DNA of 64,000 nt, taken from positions 1-64,000 of the forward strand of contig CDRNVI010000193.1 in assembly GCA_977017575.1 (NCBI GenBank), written 5' to 3'. How positions within the stretch are numbered: position 1 is the first letter of the stretch; every line of letters begins with the position of its first letter. The DNA is from Paramoeba atlantica (taxonomy: Eukaryota > Protista > Discosea). Below, piece by piece: positions 22,595 to 36,057 of the stretch. Under the pieces are notes generated by a model. It saw only the letters and a list, made by a program, of their open reading frames with translations. It was not told the DNA's origin and did no database searches. A program made the translations under genes and the position numbers.

Positions 22595-24568
22595 TTGGAT
22601 CCAAGATCAATCTCAACAGTCAAGGTCAGACTGAAAAGCAAACCTATTCCAGATACAGATGGGTATGTGAAGGGAATCTCATGCCTTAATTCAAATTTAA
22701 CTGTCATGCCAGGCCTGACACATCTGAGATTTGATCATGTGAGACAAATATACATTGGCCAAATTGAGATTATGAATATTGGAAATACCTCATTCTCATT
22801 TGAAAAAGGGTCAACAGTTGCAAAACATATTTATATTACAGAGGAGGATGCAGAACAAACCATTGCAAAATCTCTTAACAAAAGACCAGTTGGTGAATAT
22901 TTTGAACAATTGTCAAAAAAACTTCACCAAAAGGGATCAGACAAAGGAATGTATAAAGACAAATTGGTCAATCCAGAACTACAGCCTCAAGAGGACTGCC
23001 ATGGAATGGCAAAACACATGCACAATCAAGGGAATCAGGAATTCTCAGGGGAAATAGCATTTTGTGCACAATGCTCTTTAGCAAATATTCTGTTGAGAGA
23101 TGGTCAGAAAAATCTGGAAGAAGATGAAAAAATGATTCCAGAGGAATATGAGGAGTTTGCAAAGAAAACTGGCCTTACCCTTAGTGACCTCAATCTTGAT
23201 CAGACAATTCAACTCTGTAAACTCTTTGAGAAATACAAAGAAATGTGGAACATATCTAATGATGCTCCAATTATGCACACAGATGCAACTGAGTTTAGAA
23301 TTGAACTCAATGACAAAAACCAAGAGCCTTTTAGACATACTTATCGAACAAAGGACATGGTTAAAAGGACAATTGAAGAAAAACAAATTCAAGAGATGGC
23401 TAAGAGAAGAGTCATCCGACCGTCAAATTCACCATATGCAAGCCCAATTATGTTGGTGGCAAAGGCAAATGGTAAAGTCCGATTCTGTGTGGATTACAGA
23501 GAATTAAATGAAAAGACTAAGAAATGGAGTTATCCAATACCAAAAATTAATGATGTGTTGTCATACCTGGGTGGATCCTCATACTTCTCAACATTGGATA
23601 TGACTGAAGCATTTTGGTCAATCCCAATTCAGGAGGAGGACAAGGAAAAAACGGCTTTTGCTTCACAGTTTGGGCTGTGGGAATGGAATTCAATGCCATT
23701 TGGATTAACAAATGCTCCGGCAACACAGCAGCATTTCATGGATACAATATTTGCTGGCTTACAATGGCATATATGTGTCAACTATGTTGATGACATAGTT
23801 ATTTTCTCAGAAACCTTTGAGGAACATGTTCAGTCACTAGAAAGAGTACTGGATAGATTAAAGAAAAATAAGTTGCGAATTAACCTAAACAAGGTGAAGC
23901 TTTGTCAAAGATCTTTCGCATTACTTGGGTATACGGCAACAAAGGATGGAATCTTGGCTAATGACAAGAAAGTCAAGGCCATAAAACATTTTCCACAACC
24001 AGCTAATCAAAAGGAATTACAATCATTCTTGGGATTAGTCAGTTGGTGCAGGAAATTCATCCACAATTGTTCCCAAAAAACATACCATCTTTGGGAAATA
24101 CTCCTACAATCATCATTTGAATGGACTAAAGAGGCAGATAATGAATTTTGGGAAATGAAGGAAACAATTGCAAAAATATCTATGCTTGTTCACCTGAATT
24201 TCAAGAAAACCTTTTACATTCATGTGGATGCATCAAAAAAGGGTTATGGTGCAATTTTGACACAACACCCTGATGATCCTCTTGATAGACAGGCACCAAA
24301 AAGGTCAGGAATACCAAAAAAGCACGAAATAGTCACTTTTGCAAGCCTGGCTTTGCCAAAAACTCATACAAAATACACAAATTCAGAACGAGAATGTTAT
24401 GGGGCCTACTGGACAATTAACAAGTTCAAAGAATTCATTATGGGAAGAAATGTGGTGATCTTCAGTGATCACCAGAGTCTGGTCAAATTGTGCAACTCTA
24501 CAACAAACACATCAAGGAGTGAACTTATTTGTGGATGGCTGCTGGAAATAGCCACAGTGGCAAATTGA
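22595..24568 (+). pseudogene. pol: Gypsy-2 pol: dUTPase-like segment, RT, RNase H
   Basis: SPYASPIMLV, RFCVDYRELN, YVDDIVIFS, VDASKKGYGAIL, SDHQSL. Confidence 0.95.
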
Positions 24569-25066
24569 ATTTTACATCGACCTGGGAAAACACTGGTTAT
24601 CCCTGACACACTTAGTCAAGCACACCATGTATCATATCAAGATGAAGATATACAAACTCCACTTAAAGAAGTCCTGGAAAGACTTGGAGTTAGTAATGTT
24701 GAAAACAAAACAACACAAGAACAAACAAAAATGGCAATATTAGGGCTCTGTTCTTTCTCAAAATCCTGTCATAGGGCAGATGAGTCCACTGGAGATGGAA
24801 ATGAGTTATTGGCCAATATGGGTCAGCATGCAAATAGCATGGGTCAACTTGGCAGCCAATTTGCTCAAGGAAGGAGCAAGGGACTCTCTCAAGGACAATC
24901 TTTTGGGATAGCTGATGGGTCAACTTCACATAAAGCGCTGGATGTAGTGATGGGTCAACTTCAGATGATTCCCAGCGGGACTGAGAGTGCTGATATTTCT
25001 GAGTCTTGAACAGATGAAGAATTTGGGTCAAGCACACAACCAGGTGAACCTCTTAGAATTCACACA

Positions 25067-26728
25067 GTGCCTGAACATACTCTTCCAGTAGAAGAAGAAA
25101 CAGAAAAATTATCAGAGACTGGTACTGGCCACACCAGATCTGAGAATCAGAATGATTCAGAAAATCAATGGGTCATAAAGGATCAAGAACATTACTGGAG
25201 AGGAGAACGAGCAATTGATGTTCGAGCTGAACAAATGAAGGATCAATTTTGCCACAGTATGAGAAATTTACTTCTGAATAGAGAAATACCTGAGTACAAG
25301 AAGAATGCTCAGAAATTGCTTGAAAAGAGGCAATATTACTGCCTCAATAAGGCAGGGACTCTTTGTCAGGTGGATATCCCAACAGAGATGGGTGAACCCC
25401 CAATTGTTTTACCAGACTCAATGGTACTTGAGGTAGTAAAACATTTCCACGACTATCAAGGGCATAGGAAGTTTCAGAAACTTTATAAAACTATGCGGGA
25501 TAAGTTTTGGTTTAAAGAAATGACACAATATATCAGTGAATATTGTGAAATTTGTCAAAAAACAAAAACAACAAAATATATAAAACCACCAATGGGTTCA
25601 ACACATGTTTGGTACCCAAATGTGACAATACATATCGACTCAACAAAAGGGATTGAGGGTAATATCAGAGGATATACCTATATTCTGTCAATTGTGGATG
25701 CTTTCACTGGATATTTGACACTTTTCCCATTGAAAGCTGTAAACACAAGAGAGATGGCCGAATGTCTCTTGAAATACGTCACAATTCATTCAATGCCACT
25801 TGAGATAGTGACTGATGGAGGCTCAGAGTTCAGAAAGGCACTCTTAAAAGAATTGACAAAAATTTGGGGCATACATCATACCAAAGTATCTCCTCACAAT
25901 CATAAAGGAAATGGCAAGGTTGAAACAATCCATTCACCTGTCAAGAATATGATGAGAGCTTATATAAGAAAATATGAAAGAGACTGGGATTTGCTTCTTC
26001 TGATGGTGGAATTTGCTTACAACACCCAAGTCCACTCAGTAACAAAACAAAAACGTTTTATGTTACAATTTGGTCGAATACCAACATACCCAATTGATAT
26101 TATACTGGGAACATCAAATCCAGAACTGGTAAGCCCTGATGAATATGTGGCTAATGTAAGAGACAAAATGTCTGAAATCTTCAATCTTGTAAATGAAAAA
26201 CAAAGAGAATCTGAAGAAAAAAGGGTTGATGATTATAACATTAATCAGAAAACTCAAATCTTATCAGCAGGGGATAGAGTCCTCCTCCTGAATCACACAA
26301 CAAAGAAGAAATTTAACCGGAAATTCAATTCAAGGACTCAGGATGATGTCCATAGAATTGAAGAGGTCTTGACACCTCAAACTTACAAAGTAAGAAACCT
26401 CAAAATGGGATATATTCTCCCAGCATCTGTTTATGGAAGTCAATTAAGACTTTACGATCAAAGGGTTGAAGAGGAAAAGGAACAAGACTCTCTGGAAGAG
26501 AAAGAGCTCCCACCAGGAGCCAGATGAAAAAGTCTGAGATATCAAATTGTTTCTGAAAGAATCTATGATGGATATCATCAATATCAAGTCCAAACCCAAC
26601 CACCTGCTAGTCAAAAATGACATGAGTGGTGGGATGAGGAAAACCTGAAAGGTACAAAGGAATTAAAAGAATACCTTGAGGCAAAGAATCCTCGAAAAAG
26701 CTATCAGTGGGCAGATCCACCAACCTGA
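25067..26728 (+). pseudogene. pol: Gypsy-2 integrase (HHCC, DDE) with a degenerate chromo-like tail beyond the TGA at 26525
   Basis: HDYQGH...CEIC, IHIDS, IVTDGGSEF, GNGKVE. Downstream in-frame relic: YQIVSERIYDGYHQYQV...WWDEENL...LKEYL. Confidence 0.88.
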
Positions 26729-28500
26729 GGTTTTTTACCTTGGAAAAGGTTTCCTCAGAGAACACAAGTGGATTTTCCCTTGAAAAGGTTTTTTGTTATT
26801 TGAAATAACTTGATCTTCTGATCACTACAAACAAACTGTGAGGAACTAACTTTTCGAATCAACTTCTCAAACGTTGAACAAATCTTTGGAGGAATGATAA
26901 ACAACTTGCATTTCTTGATTCAAGCCAGGAGACTTGTCTTTTTTCTGCAAGGGGGGAGGTGTAAATAAGGAAATATCCAAATATGTAATATTCAAATATG
27001 TACATCACTTTATATAGAATCTCGACTCTGCAACTCGCAATTTTGGTGAAATTGGTTGTCACTTGCCAAGCATCACCCCTCTTCCTTTTCATTCTCACTT
27101 TTCCCAAATCATTTGAATTCCCCAAGTGTCTTTCCTCGAACTCTTGAAACCCGAAATAAACCACCATTTACACAAGTTTTGTTTGTTCCAAACCTCTCCC
27201 ATGATCTTCTCTTTGTTTCTTCAACATGTGATGATTTGGATGTGTTCATGCTTTTTGATTCAGATCAAGTCCTAATTTGTAAAGGAAATATATTTGATTT
27301 GGCTGGGATTGAAGTCATTGCAACTGGAACATGAAATAATGGCCTCTACTACCTCTTTTACCAACTCCCATCACCTGGTACTGCTCTGCTTGGAAAGAAG
27401 AAGCATTGCAACCATGAGCTTCATCCCCAACACTGTGAATCTTTCTTGATTTGGCACCTATGGGCTGGACACATTAGTTCAATTAAACAGACTGTTGAGC
27501 TTCAAGTTGGTTACAATTTACCTCGAGTGCTCCACAGAAAGGGATCCATCTTCAATGGTCTGCATGTTCTAAGCACAAACAAAATGCAATTGCTGAGAGA
27601 TACAACCATACCTCTCAAGAGGGAATCAGATCCAACCTCCATTCTGGTTGCTGTCCTGACTTCTTCTGGCCTGAAGCAGCTGAATTCTTTGATTTGTGTT
27701 ACCAATTTACTGTCCATGGTGATGCAAAGATCTCACCAATGAAAGCTCTCTTCAAAACCCAACCTGACTGGATGTACTTCAGAGCCTTTGGCTGCTATGC
27801 TTTCTCTTTGCTACCTGAGGAACAACAGAAGAAATTGAAGCCCAAAGTTTGATTCAGAATTTATGTGTGACCTGCCCCCAATATGGCTGCTTACTGCATG
27901 TGGGACCCAATTGCAAAGAAATTTTTCGAGTCTGCTAATGTGGTTTTTGACAAGACTGTCTTTGGTGTCCAATCTCTCTACCAGAAGTATATTGGTGGAT
28001 CTTCTATTCCTCCTATTGATCTTTTCGGACCGCAACCATCTTCTGAACCTATTTCATTTGAGGAACTTGAGAAAGAGACACCTTGTGAGGAGGAATCCCA
28101 AGATGGAGGGGAGGAATTGATCCATGGCCCTGAAAACTTTGAATATTCAGATGGTTTCTATGAATCTGATGCACATGACTGAGATATTACCCCACCTGTA
28201 CCCAGTCTGACCCAAACTCCCTCTGAACCCAGAAGATCTGCTTGAGAAAGGAAGAAGAAACAATGGAATGATTTTGAAATCTCAATGACAGCTGCTCTCA
28301 TGGCTGAGGAAGACATCTCAACTGCATTGACCCTGAAAACTTTCAAAGGTGCTATTGCCTCCTGAGAGAAGCATGAATGGTTTGAATCAATGAAGAGAGA
28401 GTGTGATGCCCTCATGAAAAGGAAAGCTTTTGTCCTTGTCCACAAGAACCAAATCAATTATTCGAATGCAGTAATTTTACTTGGTTTGTGGAAATATTGC

Positions 28501-28923
28501 TTTTTTTTTTTTTGAGGCAGACTTTATTCAATTAGTAGTTCTTAATCTAAGCCATTTGAATTACATTAAATTATGTTTGTTTTTAACTTCTAACAAGAGG
28601 TGAAGTTTTTAAACTTCAGCTTAGTTCAGTCGGTCTTTATGCTGAACTTTAGAACTTCTGCAAGTTCAGGCTGGAGAATGCACATCAGAAGGGAGAATAA
28701 TCCAAAGCTCCTTCCAAGGGAATTTATCCTCAACTTTTTAGCAGACAGGGCTGAGATGTAACCTGTTCTGATTTTCACACTTCTTCAAGAGCTCCTCACT
28801 CCAATCAAATCACTCTACAGCACCAGAAAAATTTTCTATAATCTCAAAAAACTAGGATTTGAACTTGCCCCTCCAGGGTTGGACATAGTCGAATTTACAA
28901 CTAAACTATGGGCACCAACCACA
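28501..28923 (-). mobile_element. SINE family C, full length, inserted in Copia-1 RT
   Basis: Poly(T) at 28501-28513. TSD TGTGGA(A/G)ATATTGC at 28487-28500 and 28924-28937. Confidence 0.93.
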
Positions 28924-29512
28924 TGTGGAGATATTGCATCAAAACACAACATGGAAAGGTTACTTCCTTCAAGTCACAATATTGTATCAATGGCTCTTCA
29001 TTTATTCCAGACTCCATCAATGAGGTGTATTCCCCTGTTGCCCATTCCTCCACTCTGAGAACCATTCTGTGCTTGGCTGCCCTATTTGGATGTAAGCTCT
29101 ATGGTGGTGATGTACCCTCAGCATATGTTTGTGCTGATGTTGATCCTGACATGAAACCTGTTTATATAAGTTAACCCCCTGGTTTTGTTGAGAAAGGAAA
29201 TGATTTTGTGTGGCTGATGTTGAAAGGAATTTATGGATACCCCCCTGCTGGTCAAAACTGGTACAATCATTTGGTTGAGTCCCTATTGGCTTTTGGCTTC
29301 ATTCGGAACAATGTTGATCCTTGTCTGTTCATGATTGCTGAATCAAATGGAATTATGTTTTTGGTTGCTATTGTGGATGACTTGACCTGGTTTTCCACCT
29401 GCACAAAATTGCACAAGCACTTTGTGGAATACATGTGTGGAAAATATGATCTAAAATACTTTGACACAGTTGATTGGTTGATTGGAATGCAGATCAAGCA
29501 AGATGAGCTCTT

Positions 29513-30254
29513 CAAAAACTATGCCTTGAATGAACTACTTTGTGAAATCTGTAAGTTAGCAATGTGCTTTGACAAGATAGAATTAATCCATGTACCCTGA
29601 GAACTTAACAAGCGAGCTGATGCAATTGCAACTGCTGCAAGTTGGTCTAAAGAGGATGGAACATGTGCTGTGAATGATCATCATTGGGATCCAAGATCAC
29701 AACATGTTGCAGAAACCAGTGAAGAGTGGATTATTTTGAATTCAACCCTGTGGAACTGGATCAATTCCCCTCTCACCCATGACTGGACTTTCCCCATCCC
29801 CCCAGGGAATTTTGTAAGGAAATTCCAAGGAAACACAGTGACAACCCTCCATGTTTTGTTTCCAGCCCAAACTGCTCTTGAGAATGCTCTAATCCTCCCT
29901 GTAATAATTACTAAAGATATCCAAGGATGGTTCCATCAGTTCCAAGAAAGCAATCTGGTGAGGAGCTTTATCAAAGAAGATTTTTGAAGGAATGTAATTA
30001 ACTTCATAGAAACCTCCAAACCAAATTCACTCCCTGGTTTTAGAAGACAGACAATCAAACGCAGACCCTTTAGTGAGAACTAAAGTTGGTAAAGAAACTC
30101 CAATGCATCCTATGCTGAAGAGATCCTTGAATCTAACTCTTAACTTATCTCCCCTCCCCCCCCTCTTTTTTCCCCTCTCTTTTCCATCCTAGAGATGGTT
30201 TTTAACTCTAATAAATGGCACCTGGTGTCTGAACCTTTAAAAAAAAAAAAAAAA
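29513..30254 (+). mobile_element. LINE-B 5'-truncated 3' fragment with poly(A), inserted in Copia-1 RT
   Basis: Matches 32095-32582. TSD ATGAGCTCTT at 29503-29512 and 30255-30264. Confidence 0.92.
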
Positions 30255-32582
30255 ATGAGCTCTTTCAAGTTTCTTTGGACCAATCTGATTATGTGAAGTC
30301 AATCTGTCAAGAATACAATCACCTGGTTCGAATCCACTACAAGACCCCTGCTTCTCCAAAAATAAGATTGTGCCCTGATAGCTATCCCACCAACATCTCC
30401 ATCCCCATGATCAATGGGAAGTTCTTGTATGTCTCCAACACCCAACCAGATATCTCATATGCTGTTGGCCAGATCTGCAAGTTCCAAACCTGTCCCTCCA
30501 AAGAACTTGAGAATGCTATTTGTCACCTTATTTCTTATCTGAATGGATGCCCTAATGAGGAAATCAAATTTGTCCACCCTGCTAGTTTTGACCCCAAATT
30601 GATGACTGTTGATTTGAGTGTGTTTTGTGATGCTGCCTTTGCTGATCAATATGACCATCGCTCCACCTACAGCTATTTGGTTTTCTTATGCTCCAATCTG
30701 ATTTCCTGGTGTTCCAAGACAACCCCTTCTGTGAAACTCTCATCAACTGATGCTGAATATTATGTATTAGCTGAGGTCACAAAAGAGATTATGTATCTGA
30801 AACAATTGTTGGAGACTCTGGGTTTGACAGTTAAAACCCCTATTTTAATTTATGAGGACAATCAACAAGCTATTGACATTGCAAACAACCTGATGATCAA
30901 GTTGAGAACCAAGCACATTGATATTAAACTGCATTTTATTTGAGAGTTGATTGAAAATAAGACCATTTCTCTTGTTTATCACTATTCCTCTGTACAACAT
31001 GCAGACATGATGACCAAGCCTCTTGAGAGAATCCTGCATGAGAGACATACGAATGTTTGTTTTTCCAGATTGCATTGAAGTATTCATTGGATGGAGGGGA
31101 GTGTTGGATGCAACTTCTAACCTTATTAAGATAAATCTGGTTTTATTGAAGTTGTCTGAACATTATTGCATCCTCCTGAAACATTGCAATGCAACCACCT
31201 ATTCCATTGTCGCTTGTTCGCACAACCTTGTTTGTCACAAATAAAGTTTATTCTCATTTTCCTCTCTAAACCCTTGTGCCTTACATCGGTTTTATCATTT
31301 TCCCTGTTTCACCTCCAACACTATCTAACTCCATGCATGGGATATTTAGTGAGATTCAAACTGATTCCAAAATCTGTTGCCTCCTTGATGTGGAAATCCA
31401 TCCACTCAGCTCTGGGTGCCTATGCCAACACAAAAAGAGGGCTGCCTACAAGAGATAAGTTGGCTTACTTCACAAACCAAAACTCAAGTTGCTGACTCTG
31501 CCACTGAGAAAAGGAGTCATGAACTCATCTTCTGGAGGAATGTTCTGTGGCTGAGGGCCTCCTCCAAGCAATGGGAAGGAAATGTATTTTGTTGAATATA
31601 CCCAGCTGGCAAGAAACTAAGAATGTGTGTGGCCTTGTCTCAAATTTTCTCACCAGACAAGAAACCTCTGTGGTGAGTGTTGCTCTGTTGAGTTTGTGGC
31701 TCACAGTGTGTGCAGAAGGATTGAAATCACCCCAGTATGCTACTGAAATTTTCGAAAAAATCCTGAGAAAGAACAAAATCCTCCCTTGGCCCCCAAGAAC
31801 TCAAACAAAGAAAGGAATCAAAGAGAAGGAAAGTTTTAAATTTAAAGGTTTTCAAGTGTTTTATGATGGTTCAGGCTGTACAGACCCTCATCTGGGGGGT
31901 GTGGGCTTTGCAGTTTTCAGGGAAGGGAAAGAGATATGTGGTGGGTTTGAAACCATCCCTCTTGGGTCCAACAATATTGGTGAATTTACAGACTGTCTGA
32001 AAGGAATGTAATGTGCCAGATCAATGATGAATGAGATTGAAGTTGTTGGGGATTGTATGATTCTCACCAAGGCTGCACCCAAAACCCATGCCATCAAAAA
32101 CTATGCCTTGAATGAACTACTGTGTGAAATCCATAAGTTAGCAATGTGCTTTGATGAGATAGAATTCATCCATATACCCTGAGAACTTAACAAGTGAGCT
32201 GATGCAATTGCAACTGCTGCAAGTTGGTCTAAAGAGGATGGAACATGTGCTGTGAATGACCATCATTGGGATCCAAGATCACAACATGTTGCAGAAACCA
32301 GTGAAGAGTGGATTATTTTGAATTCAACCCTGTGGAACTGGATCAATTCCCCTCTCACCCATGACTAGACTTTCCCCATCCCCCCAGGGAATTTTGTAAA
32401 GAAATTCCAAGGAAACATGGTGACAACCCCCCATGTTTTGTTTCCAGCCCAAACTGCTCTTGAGAATGCTCTAATCCTCCCTGTAATAATTACTAAAGAT
32501 ATCCAAGGATGGTTCCATCAGTCCCAAGAGAGCAATCTGGTGAGGAGCTTTATCGAGGAAGATTTTTGAAGGAATGTAATTA

Positions 32583-35500
32583 AGGGAAGAGTATAGCCTC
32601 TGGACAGTAGATTTCCTAAGAATGTGAGAATTGTGAAGGGATCTTACAAGAGAGTGGATCTTCCACAGTTCTCTGAACAATGCCACCTCAGTGTTTCTTT
32701 CTCTCCAGTAGGGAACTAATTCCCAAGCTGTGGTTTTAAATCTGGTCAAAAACTCGTTGAGATCATCACCCTCAGAGAAGGTACCCATCCTCTCAATAAG
32801 AGTGTTGATGAACCCATGGTCATTAATCAGATACTCAGGGATGGATTTCTTATTCATCTGAATCTCCCATTTCTTAAACAAGGATCCTCCAATTAGCAGT
32901 GCATGATCTTTAAAGCTGGATGGGATGGCATTGATAAACAAACATTTTAATGGAACCTTGGACGAGAAGAAGATATGGTCAATACACCTCCCTTTATAAT
33001 GGGTGGGTTCATCCCATTTCAAGCATGACATACAGAGAGAAGCACAACACTTTTCAATTTCTCCCATCTGTTTTTCCTTCACATCCCAATTGAAATCACT
33101 CCCAAAGATACTTATGCTCCTGGGGTTCTGGCCAAAGAATCAAGTGGCCTCCTGCGAGATGGTGGCTACTTTGAGGTCAGGGTGATGGTATATATTCAGG
33201 ACAGAATAGTTTGTTGATCCAATAGTCACATGAACACCAAATAATCCACTTATGGTTTCTTGAATTAAAATGAAAAGAGGCTAACAACTCCCAGCCATCT
33301 TCCAAAGGGTTCTCAATTTTTCGAAATTTTGAATCCCATTCATGTTCCAGGAAATAACATGTGCATCAGGAAACCTACATTCATCACTCTCACTTAAATT
33401 AGCTGAGAACCTATCATGGGGGTCAACTCCAGGCTCACTCGAAGGACCTGGGGGGAGGCACTCTGACTGGGATACATTAGGCAAGTTTGTTGCTGGGGAA
33501 GAAGCTACCTGGGGGCCCACACCAAAGCTACTTCTAATATCCACCAATCCCTTTTCCTTTCTCTTCTTATTCTTCTTCTTTTTGAGTTTAGTCATTGTTT
33601 GTTTGTTTTTTTTTGTTTTTTGTGTTTTTGTATTTTTGTGTTTTTGTGTTTTTGTGTTTTTGTGTTTTTTTTTGTTTTTTAAATGACTGACTTTCCTCCC
33701 TCACTCTCTTTCCTTGCTTGGGTTGTTTTGGCAAACTTTTTGTTCATTTTGATCTCCATAGCATCCCCCTCTTCTTCCTCTTCTCCTTCCACTCTCATAT
33801 CTGACCCTTCAAATGAAAAGGAAAAGGGAACACCATCTTAGACACCACCACTTCTTTCCTCAGGTTTTTTCATAAGTGGATGAACAACATCCACTCCTTC
33901 CTCTTTTGGAAAATTCACTGACTTTCTTTCCCCACTCTCCTTTTCTTGTGTGATTCTTCTTTTCTTTTGCAATATTTTTCCTTTTTCCTCTTCACTCTCA
34001 TTCTTTCCTTTCTCCCACCCTACTCTAACATTAATCACCTCTTCTGATCTGCCTTTCTTCCTCTTAGTGCATCTTGTCTTCACAAGGTACTCAACCAAAT
34101 AGAAAGCTTGATGCTTTAATCTTCTATTTTCTGGGAAAATTGAGCCATTCTCCAACCCCTCATAAACTCTTCCGAAATCCTCAGTTGCACTTGCCCATTC
34201 AATGTTCAGGTTCAATTTCTTTAACATTGCTTTCACCTCCCTTCTATTGTTGGGTTCCTCCACCAATCCATTTTCAACTGGTAAATCTTCTTTGTTGATG
34301 AAGATAGGAGCAGGGCCAGAAACAGGTTGGCTTCTTCTGTTCTCCTTCTTCTAGATCACAGAATCAGTACAATTTCTTGACTTGCCCACAGTCTCTTTTG
34401 GTTGTGAAGAAGCAGACTTAAAGAAAGAGATTACTGGGTTGGAACATGTGTTCACTGATGTCCAGGTACCCTTCTTTTTTGGTTGAGCTTGTGATTGCTG
34501 GGCTGGCAATATGGGGGGCACTGAGAATCCACTAACTTGTTTGCTGCTCTCATTTATTGTTTTAATTTTAGAAAAGGTTTTGGTTCCAATGGGAGAAAAC
34601 GAACTCATCTTAATCAGAGCTGCAGCATCATGCTTGACTGGACCCACAGAGGAACTCCTTTGGACAGCTGATCCCTTAGTTGTGGAAGAAGGTACTTTGA
34701 AGTTATTGGGTACAACTTCATAGCTCTTCTTCACAGGAGGGGGGCCCTTCGGAGGGGTAGGTTCAACAGGAATAACATTAGGTGAACGAGACACCAACCC
34801 TTGGCCACCAAAATTATGCACAGGTAAATTTGAGCCATCTTTTTTAACACCAATGGGGGAGAGACCTTTAGAAGGCTTAAAAGCTTGTGACTTGGGGGAA
34901 GTTTGATCTATTCTCTCAGGGCCCACCACCATAGGCTCACCAGTATTACTGAAGGGGGTACAAGATGAGGGGACTCCTTCAGGCAAGATGAAATTAAATT
35001 GCACACCATCTTTGGCAGCTTGTTTTCTTATCTTAACTCCTTTGGGGTTGTGGGTGTTGATCAAGTATATTTCCATTCTCACCATATTACCAACTTCACT
35101 TGGATCCTTTTTTTGTAAAATTTCAAATAAACAATCCAAACAAGCAAGATGGTTAATTTGGCAAGTGGGGCATTTCACCACTTTATCAAAGGGCCTTGCT
35201 GGGGTCCAAACAGAAACTCGAGCTTGAGTATTGCTAATCCCCAACCACCCCTTGATGTGAGCAATGAGACAGACAAGGTTAATGGAAATTTGGGTGTAAA
35301 CCAAAACAATACAATTCTGGACTATTTGAACTACTTTCTTCAAGTTATGTCTTGGAAGAGAATTTGGGCCAGCAAAAAGATTCTGAATCCACTCCATGCC
35401 CTTGGCTTTAAAGGGAACCCTGATTTTGAGCCCCCACAATTTTGTGTCCTTGTTGTTTCTCCAAACAAAGGATTTCTTGAGTTTTTTTGCCAATTCATCA

Positions 35501-36057
35501 CCTTTGTTCAAAAACTCTTTTTCTACACTGGCAGCATCCATGTTCTTGAGCACTGAGATCACAAAATGGCCCTACTTGACGTTTACAAAAATCTTCCCTT
35601 TAAGAGAAGTCACATTTTCAATCACTTTGATAACCTCATTGAAGTTGGGAAGTCCCAGTCTAAAATCCAGTGATTTCACTAACTTTGTTGGTCTCAACTT
35701 GGCTCCAACAACAGTTTTTGGGTTCAGGTGCATGACTAAACCTTGGTATAGTCTGACATTGTTCTGATCAATCTCATGTAACACATTGCTGAGACCTTTG
35801 GAGGCTGGAAAGCCTTCCTTGGTTTCAAGAGGTCTTTTCTTTTTTTCACTTTTTTTTACAATTTGAGCAAATGATTCACTATCTGCTTGTCCTGACCAGG
35901 CATTTCTGGCAGGAAATCCCTCTCCTTCCTTTACACTGGGTAAAGAAGTTTCCATAATATTTTCTGTGGCAACCAGCCACAAGAATACACACTACAACAA
36001 AAGATAGGAAATTCAGACAATTGTATCTTGAACCCCCTATTTTTTTTTTTTTTTTTT
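32583..36057 (-). mobile_element. LINE family A copy 3, 5' end intact, 3' end lost, small internal deletion near 33257
   Basis: Collinear with 181-3815. T18 at 36040-36057 and an inter-ORF repeat at about 33600-33680. Confidence 0.94.

Larger units (their letters stand above)
20527..27172 (+). mobile_element. Gypsy-2: Ty3/Gypsy LTR retrotransposon, structurally complete but stop-riddled
   Basis: 213-bp LTRs (TGTAAAT...ATTTACA) at 20527-20739 and 26960-27172, TSD CAAG. PBS begins TGGTGACACC at 20741 and the PPT is GGGGGGAGG. Domain order is gag, protease (LCNSGA), RT (YVDD), RNase H, integrase. Confidence 0.96.
18756..31320 (+). mobile_element. Copia-1: Ty1/Copia LTR retrotransposon containing Gypsy-2, a SINE-C and a LINE-B fragment
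   Basis: 219-bp LTRs at 18756-18974 and 31102-31320, TSD CTATC (18751-18755, 31321-31325). Gag knuckle CHWCGVTGHWKDEC. Order is integrase, RT (YSPVA, GIYGYPPAG, IVDD), RNase H (FCDAAFAD, TKHIDIK). PPT at 31089-31101. Confidence 0.95.
10549..32582 (+). mobile_element. LINE family B host copy in three segments (10549-12201, 16991-18755, 31321-32582), split by Gypsy-1 and Copia-1; 5'-truncated in ORF1, 3' end lost
   Basis: The reading frame resumes across the insertions: IFVNVI|PSSFKDHA and MVNTYL|TPCMGYL. It contains ORF1 C-terminus (to 11320), APE (11380 onward), RT (QGCLISP, FMDD) and RNase H (FYDGSG, SNNIGEF). Confidence 0.92.
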
